A stretch of DNA of 64,000 nucleotides, from the NCBI GenBank assembly GCA_038496445.1, contig JALMLS010000030.1:1-64000 (forward strand), written 5' to 3'. Both the position numbers and the translations under genes were made by a program. The notes below the pieces were generated by a model. The model was not told the DNA's origin, made no database searches, and saw nothing but the letters and a program-made list of their open reading frames with translations. The DNA comes from Trichosphaerium sp. ATCC 40318. Taxonomy: Eukaryota > Protista > Tubulinea. Numbering within the stretch: position 1 is the stretch's first letter; the number at the start of each line of letters is the position of its first letter. Positions 24,581 through 36,572 of this stretch are shown piece by piece.

Positions 24581-25586
24581 AAAAAAAGATTATTGTCCTT
24601 TGTACACAAAGCCACCAAGAAGGTTTCAACGAACGACAAAGAAAAACCAGAAAATTCTCAAAACAAAACAACCTGAAAAAACAACAAAAAAATACTCACA
24701 GATTTCCTCGCTAATAATGAGGTTTTGGGTTGTTTTTTTTCACTCTTTTACATCCCGCTATTATCTTGTATCACCCCTTGTAAATAAAAGTGTACTTTAG
24801 CTTCGTACTATTAAAAACAAAAGACAAACTTGCAACAGAAAAGAAGTTAATCAAAAAAAACTTTACTCTATTTGAAAACAAGTGCAAGTACACTAAGCGA
24901 CTTGATGGGAATGAAATAAAAGAATAGTGAATGGCAGATAGACTACTTGTTTAGATGAGCACGTGAGCATAGTGGACTCTATTTGTTCTTTTAATAGCGC
25001 TTAATTTAACCTAGTTTATTTTATGTTTGCTAGACGTTGCTCAAAACATTGAAAATCTAGCGGATAAAACTCTTTGTTGTTAATTGATCTTTTAGTGGTT
25101 CATAGGCATTTTGGTGTTGTCTTAGTACGCTATCACGCTACAGTCTGTTACATTAATAGGATGGACCCCAGCTAACGCCTTTATGCCAACATCTATCACA
25201 TTTGTATATAGTCACGTTAAAGAGTACAACACATTGAACCTAAAATATCACTGAGTCTATTGAGGTAGCGAAAACGCCAGTACGTGGGAGTATCTAATGT
25301 AACTGAATTCGATTTAGAGATGAAGCCATGTGTTTATTGAAACAAAGGCGATTGAACTATTTTGTTCAAGACTTAGTATGTCATTAAGAAATAAATGAGC
25401 AAGAGACCACTAACTACAAACACTATCATGTACAACATTAAATTGTCATTGCAGGTGTTTGAAAGCCCTTGAACTTTTACATATTAAAAATCGTTACAAG
25501 TCAAAAATAAACAAAAGCAACGTCACTTCCTAAAATAAATCACGTCAATGACAAACAAAAGCCTACGTACAATACAATTCTACTAG

Positions 25587-28500
25587 ATGGAAGTACATAA
25601 CAAGGCACTAACGAAACAAGAGGAGCTCACAAAAGTGTGCAATTTGTACACAAGAACCGGTTTTCAAGTAATGGTTTTAATACTTTTCTGTTAATGTTGT
25701 AAAAACAACACAACTCAACAAAATTATACAAAGAAAGGCTTTCGCTATGTCAAAAAACGAGAAGTTAGAGTATCTGCCTAGCGAAGAGATACAGATTTTT
25801 GTAAAAGACACTTCAAGTGGTCAAGCCATACCGTTAATACTTTGTCCTGATGATGATATTCAGTGTATAAAGTACCAGCTGTGGGATAAACAAGGAGTGA
25901 CTCCTGGTATTCTTTGATATACTTTGAAACGCTTTAAACGCCTCTAAAATGCTTTCTAGAGATACAAGAGTTGACGTACGACGGTCAGATATGTCAAGAC
26001 GATCAGACGTTAAAAGACTTGTCTATTCGAAGCGAAAGTATTTTACAATTGGTACAGTGATATACATTAAGCGTTTAAACTGTAACTGACTGAGTTAAAA
26101 GAGAATTGTGTGTAACCAGCAACAAACTATTCAAATCTTCATAAAGACTAGGAGAAACTCGTACCCGATGGATGTTACGCACACTATGACTGTTCGCGAT
26201 CTAAAGCAAATGATTGCAAACAAACACAGTAAGTTTCGCCATAAAACCCACCACAGTCTCAATTCATCCACTTTGCACTCATTACCGGCGTCAAATCGCT
26301 CAAAACCAATACTTAACTGAGAAAATGCTTATTCTTTGGTTTTTTCCTTAGATGTCTCTTTATCAATGATCGCTTCTCTTTCCCATGAAGGCCAACCTAT
26401 GGATAAAGATGATGAAGTACTTGCTTACTTTAATGTTGGCTATGAGTCCGTTATACGTGTCAAGTTTAATTCACAGAATAAACCACGAAAGGAAGAATAC
26501 AAAACAGTCAGTGGAGCACAGAGTGGTATGTTGAATAATTATGATTATGTCTAGTTTGTAATTATTTGGTGATGATGTTTTCTTTTGTTTTATTTATAAT
26601 TTACGCACGTGGTAGCAAGAGAGAGTGATGGTTTTTGGCTTGTTATGGATTACTTAAGAAAAAAAGGACTTTCTTATTTGAACCCTCTTATTAACTTTGC
26701 CTCGTCTATTTCTTATGGAGTATGGTATGTAATGAAGACTCCTTTAAAGCTTCTTGATAAATTTTTCTATACCATTGGATACATTGAAGCTGAAGGTACA
26801 ACAAACATCAAAAAAATCAGCTGACTTTTTTTACAAAGTGTTCAAATTTATCTTTACACCTATTGGAAAACTTTTGTACAACATGGGAAGCCTCGGATGG
26901 AGATGTAAGCTATTAGATAGCAGCGTTTCTATAAAAAAATCTAATCTTGAGATAGGTGCACGTGGTGTTGGCCATGTTGCTTATAATGCGTGTTGGTATG
27001 CTTCAAAAGGTTTATCGTACACACTTGACGGGGTTGCAAATTATGTTTGTGTACCGATATTGAATGCAACTGGTTATGTCTTTGAAGGATTTGGATCAGT
27101 ATTGGGATATACAGTTAGAGGTGTTGAACACGTTGCATCAAACTACATTGGAAAACCATTGATTTATGGTTTAAAATCTGTTAAATCATTCGCTGAGTTC
27201 ATTGATAGGGGTACACTTATGAAACTTTACTTCATTGAACAAACTGTATTATTGTTGAGTTGCTGACTGTTTTCTTTTTAAAGGATTTGATAGGTTTCTA
27301 GATTTATACGGAGACAGTATTTTTAATTTTATAAAGTGGGCTTTTATCAAGTGCTGTTATAATCCTGCAAAGTTTGTTGGACCGTACATGAAAGAGTCTG
27401 TAAAATTCTTATTTAAGATTCTCCTATACTATCCTTACAAAGGAATAGTGAGATTTTTAATACGTCCTTTGGGCATTCTTTGCTACAAATCGTACTTGAC
27501 GGTTTGCCAGGTAATTTCTTTTTTTTTTCCTTTTTTTTTGGCAGAATTTAGTTGTGTTAACGCCTTTGCCTAGTTGTTTAACGTATTCGGAATTGCTATT
27601 ACTAATAAATTATACCCCGTTCTTCTATCTTTTCTTGATTTGGCTGGTGCTATTAGCGACCTTGTGCGTAATAATAGTTTGTACAAAGTCACGTGTTTGA
27701 TCTAATTTTTTTGCAAAGACAAAGTTCTTTGGTTTTGGTGCCATAAACCTCTTGGTCGATTACATTGTTAGACCATTACTAAACAAAAGCCTTGATATTG
27801 TTGAGAATGTATTGACATTGTTGCGATTCTTTAAGTTTTATAATGGTACGTTACATCCAAGCTGTTGACAAGGAAAAAAACATCCACATTATCAACTAAC
27901 TCTCACGTTTTAGCCTTGACCTCCATTATGCAATATCCTTTCAATATAATGTATAGATCCATTAGAGTTCGTCTATTAGCGCTTTACAGTATGTTCGATA
28001 GTGTGAAGAAAAATGGATGCTCTGTACAGATAATACCAGGTATGACACAAAGGAACTAACAAAAAAACACCCAAAGAGACAAACATTCCTTTTAGGACAA
28101 CTCATCAAGAAAGGAGCAAATAATATCGTTGTGCTCGAAGATGACACTGAGTATTCTATAAAAATAACAACAAATTTTGCACGTGTTATTGCTAGGATTA
28201 AGATAGATGGAGAAGATATGGGATCTTTTAATGTTGTACGTCTTTTTGTAATGGAACTTGTATTTTTTTTGTTTTGACAATGACACATCAAGATGTATCC
28301 TGGGACTATTCTCGAACATCCGGCTAACAGACAAGAAAAATTTAAGTTCAAGGTACTCCCTGTTGATGAAGATGAAGTAGCCGGAGATGGAGATGTTTCT
28401 GGGGATATTGGAAGTTTAGTATCTGTTACTTTTGTGCCAATTGGGGATTACAATGGTGGTGTACCAAGGAGAAGTAAGCACATTCCTGTTTGATTTTGCT

Positions 28501-28795
28501 TTGCTGTTTCGTTTTTTTAACTCTTTCTTACAAAGGGGGATCCCGTAAATCGAAATCGCTTAGATCCTTCGGTGTACAAGACGACAATGAGATAGAGGAA
28601 GAAAAAGATCAGAATGATGAAGATGATGAAGGTATAGATGATGAAGAAGATGAAGAAATGCAACATTTTTTGGATGGTAGGACTGTACCAGGTGACATAT
28701 CATATCAACGTTTTTGGAATGCTTCTATAGAAGCAAGGCTTATCAGAGAAGATAAAGCTTTTGAAATTAAGCAACGTATTGTAGGCAAACAGTAA
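25587..28795 (+). CDS. Two ubiquitin-like domains, an amphipathic/hydrophobic helical region and an uncharacterised C-terminal beta domain
   Basis: IQIFVKD...QELTYDGQICQDDQTLKDLSIRSESILQL and IQIFIKT...HEGQPMDKDDEVLAYFNVGYESVIRV. Exons appear to continue in frame to VLEDDTEYSIKI...GRTVPGDISYQRF...GKQ*. Confidence 0.65.
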
Positions 28796-29200
28796 AGAAA
28801 AAGTGTACAACAACAAAAAAAACCAAAAAACAAACTAATCTCAGTTTTTTCTTTCTTCAGTATAATGCGTTAGAAATGACACTTCTAAGTACTTCAATAC
28901 GCTGGCTCACAAATGTGAACCATTAAGCCAGCAAGTGCGTTTATACCTTCATCTGAAACAAATGCTTCTATTGTGTACCAACAAATACTTCGCCTATACA
29001 GTCTTAAAGATAGAACTGTGTGGAGAAGTCGGACTGTCCCTACCTACATGCGCCCAGGTGACGCAAGTAGTACGATATGTTTCAATTCCTAACTCGATGG
29101 GATAAGACTTAAATGTGAGGTAAAAAAAAAGCATTTCAAAAAAGTCAAGTTTGCTTAATTTGGCACACACTTCCGGTAATACAGAAACAAGCTGCTTATC

Positions 29201-29614
29201 ATGCAAGGGATTACATTACTTCTTGTCGTACTATGTATCGCTAGTATAGCAGCGTACAAAGGACCTACTTCTTGTCCTAAACAAAACTTTAATAAAGTAG
29301 CAAACGACGGATGGCTAGTCTATTTGAATGGAAACCAGAACCCTACGCCTAACCCACCAGCTTTTAACGGAAAATACTACAATATCGACGTTAAAGTCGT
29401 GTATTTAACTCAAAACGCAACAGAACACACACAAGACGTAGCGTGTTACTATGAAATCACCAGTAGAAACAATGGTGGTGTTGTTGCAGCAGCGTTGAAA
29501 CAGGAATTTAACGATGTTTCTCCAAAAGGAGCTTGCTGGGATGCTGTAGGCTCTGGTGTATACGGATGTGTACCAAGCTTTAAAAAATGCGATTGCAAAT
29601 GGAGAATAAACTGA
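29201..29614 (+). CDS. Intronless small secreted Cys-containing protein
   Basis: Signal peptide MQGITLLLVVLCIASIAA, 6 Cys in the mature region, clean 137-aa ORF. Confidence 0.8.
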   Translation: MQGITLLLVVLCIASIAAYKGPTSCPKQNFNKVANDGWLVYLNGNQNPTPNPPAFNGKYYNIDVKVVYLTQNATEHTQDVACYYEITSRNNGGVVAAALKQEFNDVSPKGACWDAVGSGVYGCVPSFKKCDCKWRIN

Positions 29615-30003
29615 CTACAAGTCATTGCACACTTCATTTTTGTGTTAACTTTTTTTTTTTTTTTTTAGTAGCGAAGTGGTTTTCTCGTTTTCTCAAATTA
29701 CTATCATTTACTATTTGATGTACATGAATTAACCGATTCTTTACGATCAATTAGGAATACTGTTTTATCAGGGTTCAGTTTTTTGTTAAACCTCTAACAA
29801 TATGACACATTGTGACATGTGATCAAAAAAAAAAACTTGTTAAATAATACACTAAAACTTTGTGCCAATACCTCCTGGTGGTATTGTAAGTAAGTGATCT
29901 GTATGCAATCCGCCAATATTGTCTAACACTACGAAAATAGTTAAGTCACGTTTTTTTAACTGCATTAAGTAACAAGCCACAAAATTAAAATCTTATTTGT
30001 TCA

Positions 30004-32682
30004 TCACGTCTTATTACCAGAAATACGGACGTGTAAAATGGGTTGAGAGCTGGAAAAAAGTGCTAAGAAATAAATCAAACACATACGTAAATCTATAGGT
30101 GGCCTGTGTTGTGGATTATAATTTAAACAAGCTGTCATTATTCTTGCAATTTCAGGCATTTTTGAAGGAACAGGAAGTTGTAATGATCTGTGAAACACTT
30201 CTACAGGTATATTTGTATCTCTAAATAAGGCATAGTTATTTATAAAAAATATAGCTATGTAAGACATAAGAAAGAGTACTTACGAGCCAACCCAGTAGTA
30301 TGGCTTCTTACGATAAAATATTTCCCAAAGTAAAACACCAAACCTTTTTGAAAGTTAGTTTGTGCTTGTTGCTCTGTTTTAGTTCTTTGCGTACATCCAA
30401 ATATCACTTTTTCTACTATATACACGTCTTCCATCAGTTTGAGGCATTATTGTCTGTAAGAAAGGAAGCGATTAACAAGAGAGAACGAAGAATTGTTTCA
30501 ATACCTCTGGTGCCATCCTAAAAAAAATAAGGAAAAAGTCTTAGTGATTTTACGTTTGCACTTACCACCGACAAGGTCCAACTGTTTGCTATACATTCTA
30601 TTAGAATATGCAACTATATTGTTAAATTCTGAGTTCTCACCTTTGTTACACTCTCTTCTTGGATCCCTATAATCCTGGCATACCCGAAATCTGCAAGAAA
30701 TTAGAAAACTGCACTAAATCGCTTTAATACCTGATATTTTTACTTGATAGTCACGTGTTAATAAAATATTTCGGGCAGCAATCTACAGAAATAATTTTAA
30801 AAGAGAAACCACTGTAAATGCTGTACATCTCTATGAACAACGCCTAATGCAAAAGTTAATAAAAACAGAACGTCAAAAAATATCAAACAATAGTCTTCCA
30901 CCGTTTCTGGGCAAACTTAACATTGAATAATTTTCCCATAATTTCAAAGGTTCAATCGCGTACCTTCTGTGTGTAAATGAAGCAAGCCAGCAGCAGCCCC
31001 CGTCATTATCTTAAAAGCTCAAATAAGCAATATAAACAACGTGTTGGAACAACGAGTTACCTTAAGAGCCACAGCAGGTTGCATTTGAAACTGCTTATTA
31101 TGAAGCTTTGAATACAAATCACCTCCATTTATGAGTTCCATCACTACGCACAAAGGATCCTTTGTGATACCCAAGAACTAACAAAACCCAAATTACAAAA
31201 AAAAAACCATATCACGTGCGTGAAGACATGAACGTACTGTAGTTATATTTGGATGAGGTCTTATCCCGATAACTTCTTTGCTTCAGAACAAAATTCTTCA
31301 ACTTCTTTATCAGTACTTCCACCAAGCTTCATTTGTTTCATAGCAACCAATAAAAAGATTTAGAAGAGTTATGTTCATCAATACGTTCCAAAAACAAGAG
31401 AAGATTATAGCTTACTTTTGCACCTCTCCAGCTGGCCATGCTCACTACACCATATCCTCCTGAACCGATGATCGTTTCTATTTTAACTTCTTTGTAATCA
31501 AGCAACCAAGGATTTAATTTCTTATCTTCTTTGTCTTCACGACTCCTTGTTTTAGCCTAACACAATGCCTAAGATATTTTTTTAAGCTTTTCTTTTGTTT
31601 TACCTGGTATTTCAACGTTTTAACTTCTTTTTGTAGTGACTTATTTTTACTTTCCATATCCTTCAACATCTTCTGCAACTCTTCAATCTTATCGTTTGCA
31701 TCTCTAAGGTTCTTACCAAGCTCTTTAGTAACAGCTTGCAATGTTTCATTAGACGTAACGCCTTTAACACGTGTAAGTAGTCCAAAAGAGAAAAAAAGGT
31801 AAAACAACCTGTTGTATCATCAATGTCCTCACTACAGACTCCATGCTTCTCTAGATGTGATGATAAATCTGAGTCGATTGTAGAAGATCTCTTCTTTCTT
31901 TTCTCAGAGTGACGACGTCTTTTTTGTTTAGAGAAACCTCTAACCAATGCAAAACTTCTTTTAGTTCTTGGTGCTTTAGTTTTTTTAGATTTCGTAGATG
32001 AATCAACTTTTTTAGTCTTTTCTGCACTTGCTCTGGAATCTCTTGATCTACTATTCTCTGTAACAGACTCTTTATTAGACGATGTTGGCGCTGATCCATC
32101 ATTTTCTACAAGTCAAAGGTCAGATGACGAGTGTAATCGCAATGTCTTACCTTTTTGTTGTTTTGATTTTAAAAAAGATCTTTGCATAAAAGGCTCTTCT
32201 TCATCATCGCTCCCAAAAGGGCCAACTTGCATTTTATTCGACAAACCTGCCATTGCAGGTTGCCATGAATCTCCTTTAATGCCATACATATCATAAGCAT
32301 GCGAACGCTGACCAACAGGACTACGAGGTCGTAGCTTGCTAGATTTCACCAACTGTGGTAGCTTTGGACGCGGTTTAGGTCTTACAGGCGCACTATTACT
32401 ATTTCTTCTTGCTCTTTTTGCCAATAGGTATTTTGTTGCCTTTGCTATATCATTGTTGTGTAACTATCACGTGTTTAGAGTGAAATTTCGAAAGGGAAGG
32501 ATTTTTTTTCCGAACAACCGCTCGAAATTTTTGTACAGAGTTTAATCACGTGCCTGAAGTGCTATGCGAACTTGGTCGTCTGAAAAACCCAAATCGCTTA
32601 GTCTCTGCTTTACAGTTAATGACATGCGCCCGTAACGCGTATCACTGTCTGGAGAGGACGAAGTACTTCCGTTTAGCGCCAT
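30004..32682 (-). CDS. UBA-domain tyrosine kinase / TKL kinase with coiled coil; 3' end approximate
   Basis: N-terminal QRLSDLGFSDDQVRIALQ-LHNNDIAKATKYLL (UBA); IGSGGYGVVS, IRPHPN, HRDIAARNILL, SDFGYAR, GPCRWMAPE, CLNYNPQHRP. Confidence 0.82.
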
Positions 32683-32982
32683 ACCAATTACAATTTTCTT
32701 GAACTATTTTGACTGACGTCAAATGAACCGTAAAAACGTTGATTTCCGTAAGCTTGTTTCAAGCATGCTTCAAGGGCCCTAAGGAATAGATGGTTCTCAA
32801 GGGTTTAAAATAGGAAACCGGTTTGGGTAGAAATCATAGTATGTTGCGGTTGCAAACTAGATAGCCTCTAGTAACAGAAGACAAGCTTTGCAATGAATAG
32901 CAAGGAACAAGTTAAGTGAACGTTACGTAACACGTGATAACAACCGTTGAAATAAACACACGTTAACCCGCTAGAAAACAAC

Positions 32983-34501
32983 ATGTCACGCTGGAAGCGA
33001 CCACCAGTATGTACTTTGTGTAGCTAGAAATCATTTTAAACACTTTATTTTTAAAAACCCGTTACTTTGTTTCTTCTCAACTAGCGCAGCCACCAAAAGT
33101 AGCCACAGTAGAAGAAGTGTACGTTTAATTACTTTGTGGTTAATGTAATACGATCTAATTAAAGTTCTAGGTACTACTTTATCGATGGACCTAAGGCCAT
33201 GCGTATAACAGATGGACCTGTTGCTTATGTCATAAAAGTTGAAAAAATGTCAGGTGAGCCTACCAATCTGCAAAACACCACGGATATCGTACCTTCTTTA
33301 CGTGGACCCGGAAGCGCTAGCCCTAAGGTATGCTTTCTACGGATGCCTGATATGTCAATGTTGTGGCGTGCTTTTTTTTGTCAACTTTGCTGAAAAAACG
33401 TGTTTTCAGGTTGATAATACCAAAACTGGGTTTTACAAAGTCTCGTTCGTGCCTCCTTCACCTGGTTTGTATAACTTAGACATACGCATCCATGGAAAGA
33501 GACTGTTCCAAGAGAAATGTGATGTTCTCCCTAGTAAGACATAAATGTTACAGAGCGAAGAACACTAAAGTTAAAAAGGTTTTGATGCTCCAGAGATTTT
33601 GGAATGTAAAATATTGAATTTACCTAAAGCGTTAAAGCTTGGTACAGGCGCTTGCAAATTCCAAATAACTATAAGGTAACCAACCAAAAAAACTATTTTC
33701 TTTTACTCGATAATTGCTTTTTTTTGTTCACGTGATTTTCAGGCACAAAGGAACAGATAAGCCTTTTGTTGTAAAAAAATCAGATTTGACAGGAACAGTA
33801 ACTGGTCCAGAAGATCGTAAACTTACAATCATGGGTGAGTTTTTTACAGCACTGTTCAAAGCCATGATGTTATCTGAACATGCATTTATTTAATTTTAGG
33901 TCCTGCTGAAGGTTCTGATTTCAGAGGAGAATTCAGGGGATTCAAACCTGGAGTACGAAAACACAAACTTTAATTTTTTGGCACATTACATCTTTTAGGA
34001 ATACATGGTTCGTATGTTCCATGAAGGCCATGAAGTGCTTCGCACTCCTGGGGTAGTACAATTTACGAACAAAGCTGATGTTAGATCCGTTGTGGATTGT
34101 AGAACGCCTGCTATAAAGGTACAAGAAACCAAAATGAATAATGTAACGTGGAATAGAGCGGTAGCAAGCTATCATTTTTAATACGCGCCAAAGATGCCTA
34201 TGACCTACCAGTAGCTTCAGGAGGTGCTACCGAGCCCATTGAATAAATTTACATTAAGTATAGGTGATCCTTTCGAGGTTGAAGCTGCAGGTCCACGTGG
34301 GAGTCTTCAAGGCAAGCAAGTTAGTGTTCTAGATAATGAAGACGGTGAGTAAAATATAATAAAAATGACTATTGAGTTAACATTTTGAAAGGGACATACA
34401 GCGTTGGAATAACCCTTGATAAAACTGGAAATTACGAGTTTTATTGTGAGTTGGGTGGTACAGGGATACAAGGAAGTCCAGTTAAAATACGAGTCGAATA
34501 A
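32983..34501 (+). CDS. Filamin/ABP-120-type Ig repeat protein (about 3 repeats)
   Basis: DNTKTGFYKVSFVPPSPGLYNLDIRIHG, DNEDGTYSVGITLDKTGNYEF..ELGGTGIQGSPVKIRVE*. Confidence 0.8.
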
Positions 34502-34897
34502 ACGAACTGCACATCCAGCACATCGTGTGGGTAGTCTTAAACATACAATATAGTACCTCCCATATAATAGATTTTGTCACCTCTCGCAATAAAAGCATGT
34601 CAAATTTCACGTTTAAATACACGTGTTCTCAGCAAATTCTTGAAAAAAATGCACCAATGATCTTTGAGTGTCCTTGTGCTTTCACATAAAACTACCACAC
34701 ATGCATTTGTGTATTCACGTTAAAATGAATACAAACATCAATAGCTTTACATCAACTCCCCGCCAATTTACCAGATGCATCAAAGGATCTAATACAGACA
34801 TCATTGAGATGTATGAATGTTTCAGACATTGACGCCAATGAGTAATGATTTTGTTAACTTTCTCCTTGGCTAAGTGCTTCTAGGTCTCTCGCAGAAA

Positions 34898-35045
34898 GAA
34901 AATGTTCGCCTGGGATAAAGCACCGTAACTGAATAAGCTTACGGGTAATCCAGCGAGTGTTTTGCCAAACAAACTAACAATCATTGCCTGGAAAATGCTC
35001 GCCTGGGATAAAGCGCCGTAATTGAATAAGCTTACGGGAAATCCA
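34898..35045. repeat. Imperfect 55-bp direct repeat, period 93 bp
   Basis: GAAAATGYTCGCCTGGGATAAAGCRCCGTAAYTGAATAAGCTTACGGGWAATCCA at 34898 and 34991. Confidence 0.85.
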
Positions 35046-35188
35046 TAGAGGTTGAGATCAAACTAACCAACAATCGTTACGCTTTGCCGCTGTTGCACTA
35101 AGCATGGTCTCAACCATGTATAAGAACTTAAATTTCGGCACTTCTGCCATTGTGAGCACGTCTTTAACAAAAGTTAGGAGCTTCAAAA

Positions 35189-35473
35189 GCTAATTTGCGG
35201 GTATGCCTCAGGTACTTATACTCCAGTGTATCACTGGGTAGTTCAGAATGCCCACTCTGAAGACGATGGACTCTAAATTAGCGAGTAAATCTTTGCAACT
35301 GTTGTCGGTTGGTCATACTAAGCTTGTGTATGGTGGCCTTTATGCCCTTGGACACCAAGGAAAGAGGTGCAACGACCTTTGTCAGCACTATACTAAAGAA
35401 CAGCACTTCCTCAGGACAGGTGCTGATTTTTGGGTATGCCTAACGTACTTATAGTCCAGCGTATTACTGGGTA
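35189..35473. repeat. Imperfect 52-bp direct repeat, period 233 bp
   Basis: GCTAATTTGCGGGTATGCCTCAGGTACTTATACTCCAGTGTATCACTGGGTA versus GCTGATTTTTGGGTATGCCTAACGTACTTATAGTCCAGCGTATTACTGGGTA. Confidence 0.8.
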
Positions 35474-36572
35474 ATCTAATATTCCTGTTCTCACCTTTAG
35501 CGAAAGTTCTAGTTTGTTGAGCATATTTTTGCAATAGCAACGTTTGTTGTGGTCAACACGAAAACAGTGTTGTTTATATCCCGTTGTTTCACTGTTAGTT
35601 CTGTTCCTACAATGTCTTGTAGCTTTTTTTACAGTCCTTTGTACCTTGTATTTCTAAAAGAATGGCTTAGTTACTTTGAACGACTATTCAGCCAAAAAAA
35701 ATAAAAAGACTCCATCATAAAATAGACTACTAACCAATACACAATACGGTAACCCAACCAAATCAAAATACTACTCTTACAAAGTACCAGACAATTACAA
35801 TTATCAGTAGAAATATCTTGTTCCATAATACTTCCCACCTTAAACTATCACATAACACAAAATAGTGACATGTGTTATTTTATACCTATCCTCCTTTTTG
35901 ATGCATGTTTTTCCTGTTCAAAGTGTAATTAAGTACATCAGGAACAAAAGTGTGTTCAACTTAAACTTCGATCTTCATAAAACAGCTTTACATCGCATCG
36001 ATTGCGTTCCTTGCAACGAACAGGTTATCATAACACTCAGGTAAACTTATTTCAAACCAATAGTTCAGAAGGTTATCCAGAACTGTAAATTTGTAGTATA
36101 GGAGGGTAACTTGTGTAAGCAGGTGAACAACGAATCATCAGTGTCCAGTAAACAAGACCAAGTATTTCAAAATGTAGTACATCAATTGAACGAGTTAATA
36201 AAACACTTTGCGAAACGACATGCCAAAAAAAGGAGTACAAGATTTCCATGTACCAATGAGTGTTCTTCTTTGTTTTTTCAGCTTATTGTTCGTAAAATCA
36301 TTGACTGTAAGTGGTTCATGTAAAAGAAGACTTTCATCTTGAGTTTGTATTACTCCACGTGTTTTTTTTACTTTTTGTTCACATTTTCATTTAAGCTGCT
36401 ATCTTCGTATTTGAGAGCTTTCTTTCTTCCAAAAGTCATCAGGCGCTATACCCTATTCGGGCGCATATGGAAAACGGTAAATGGCCTCAACCTGGGAAAG
36501 GTACAAAGCGTATCAAAGAATTTATCCGTTTATTGTCTGAAACGCTATTAAAACGCGTATTATAATATAAAC

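Noticed and set aside
34898-35473. Spaced direct repeats as a CRISPR-like array
   Set aside because: Only two copies each, degenerate, in a eukaryotic context with no cas genes.
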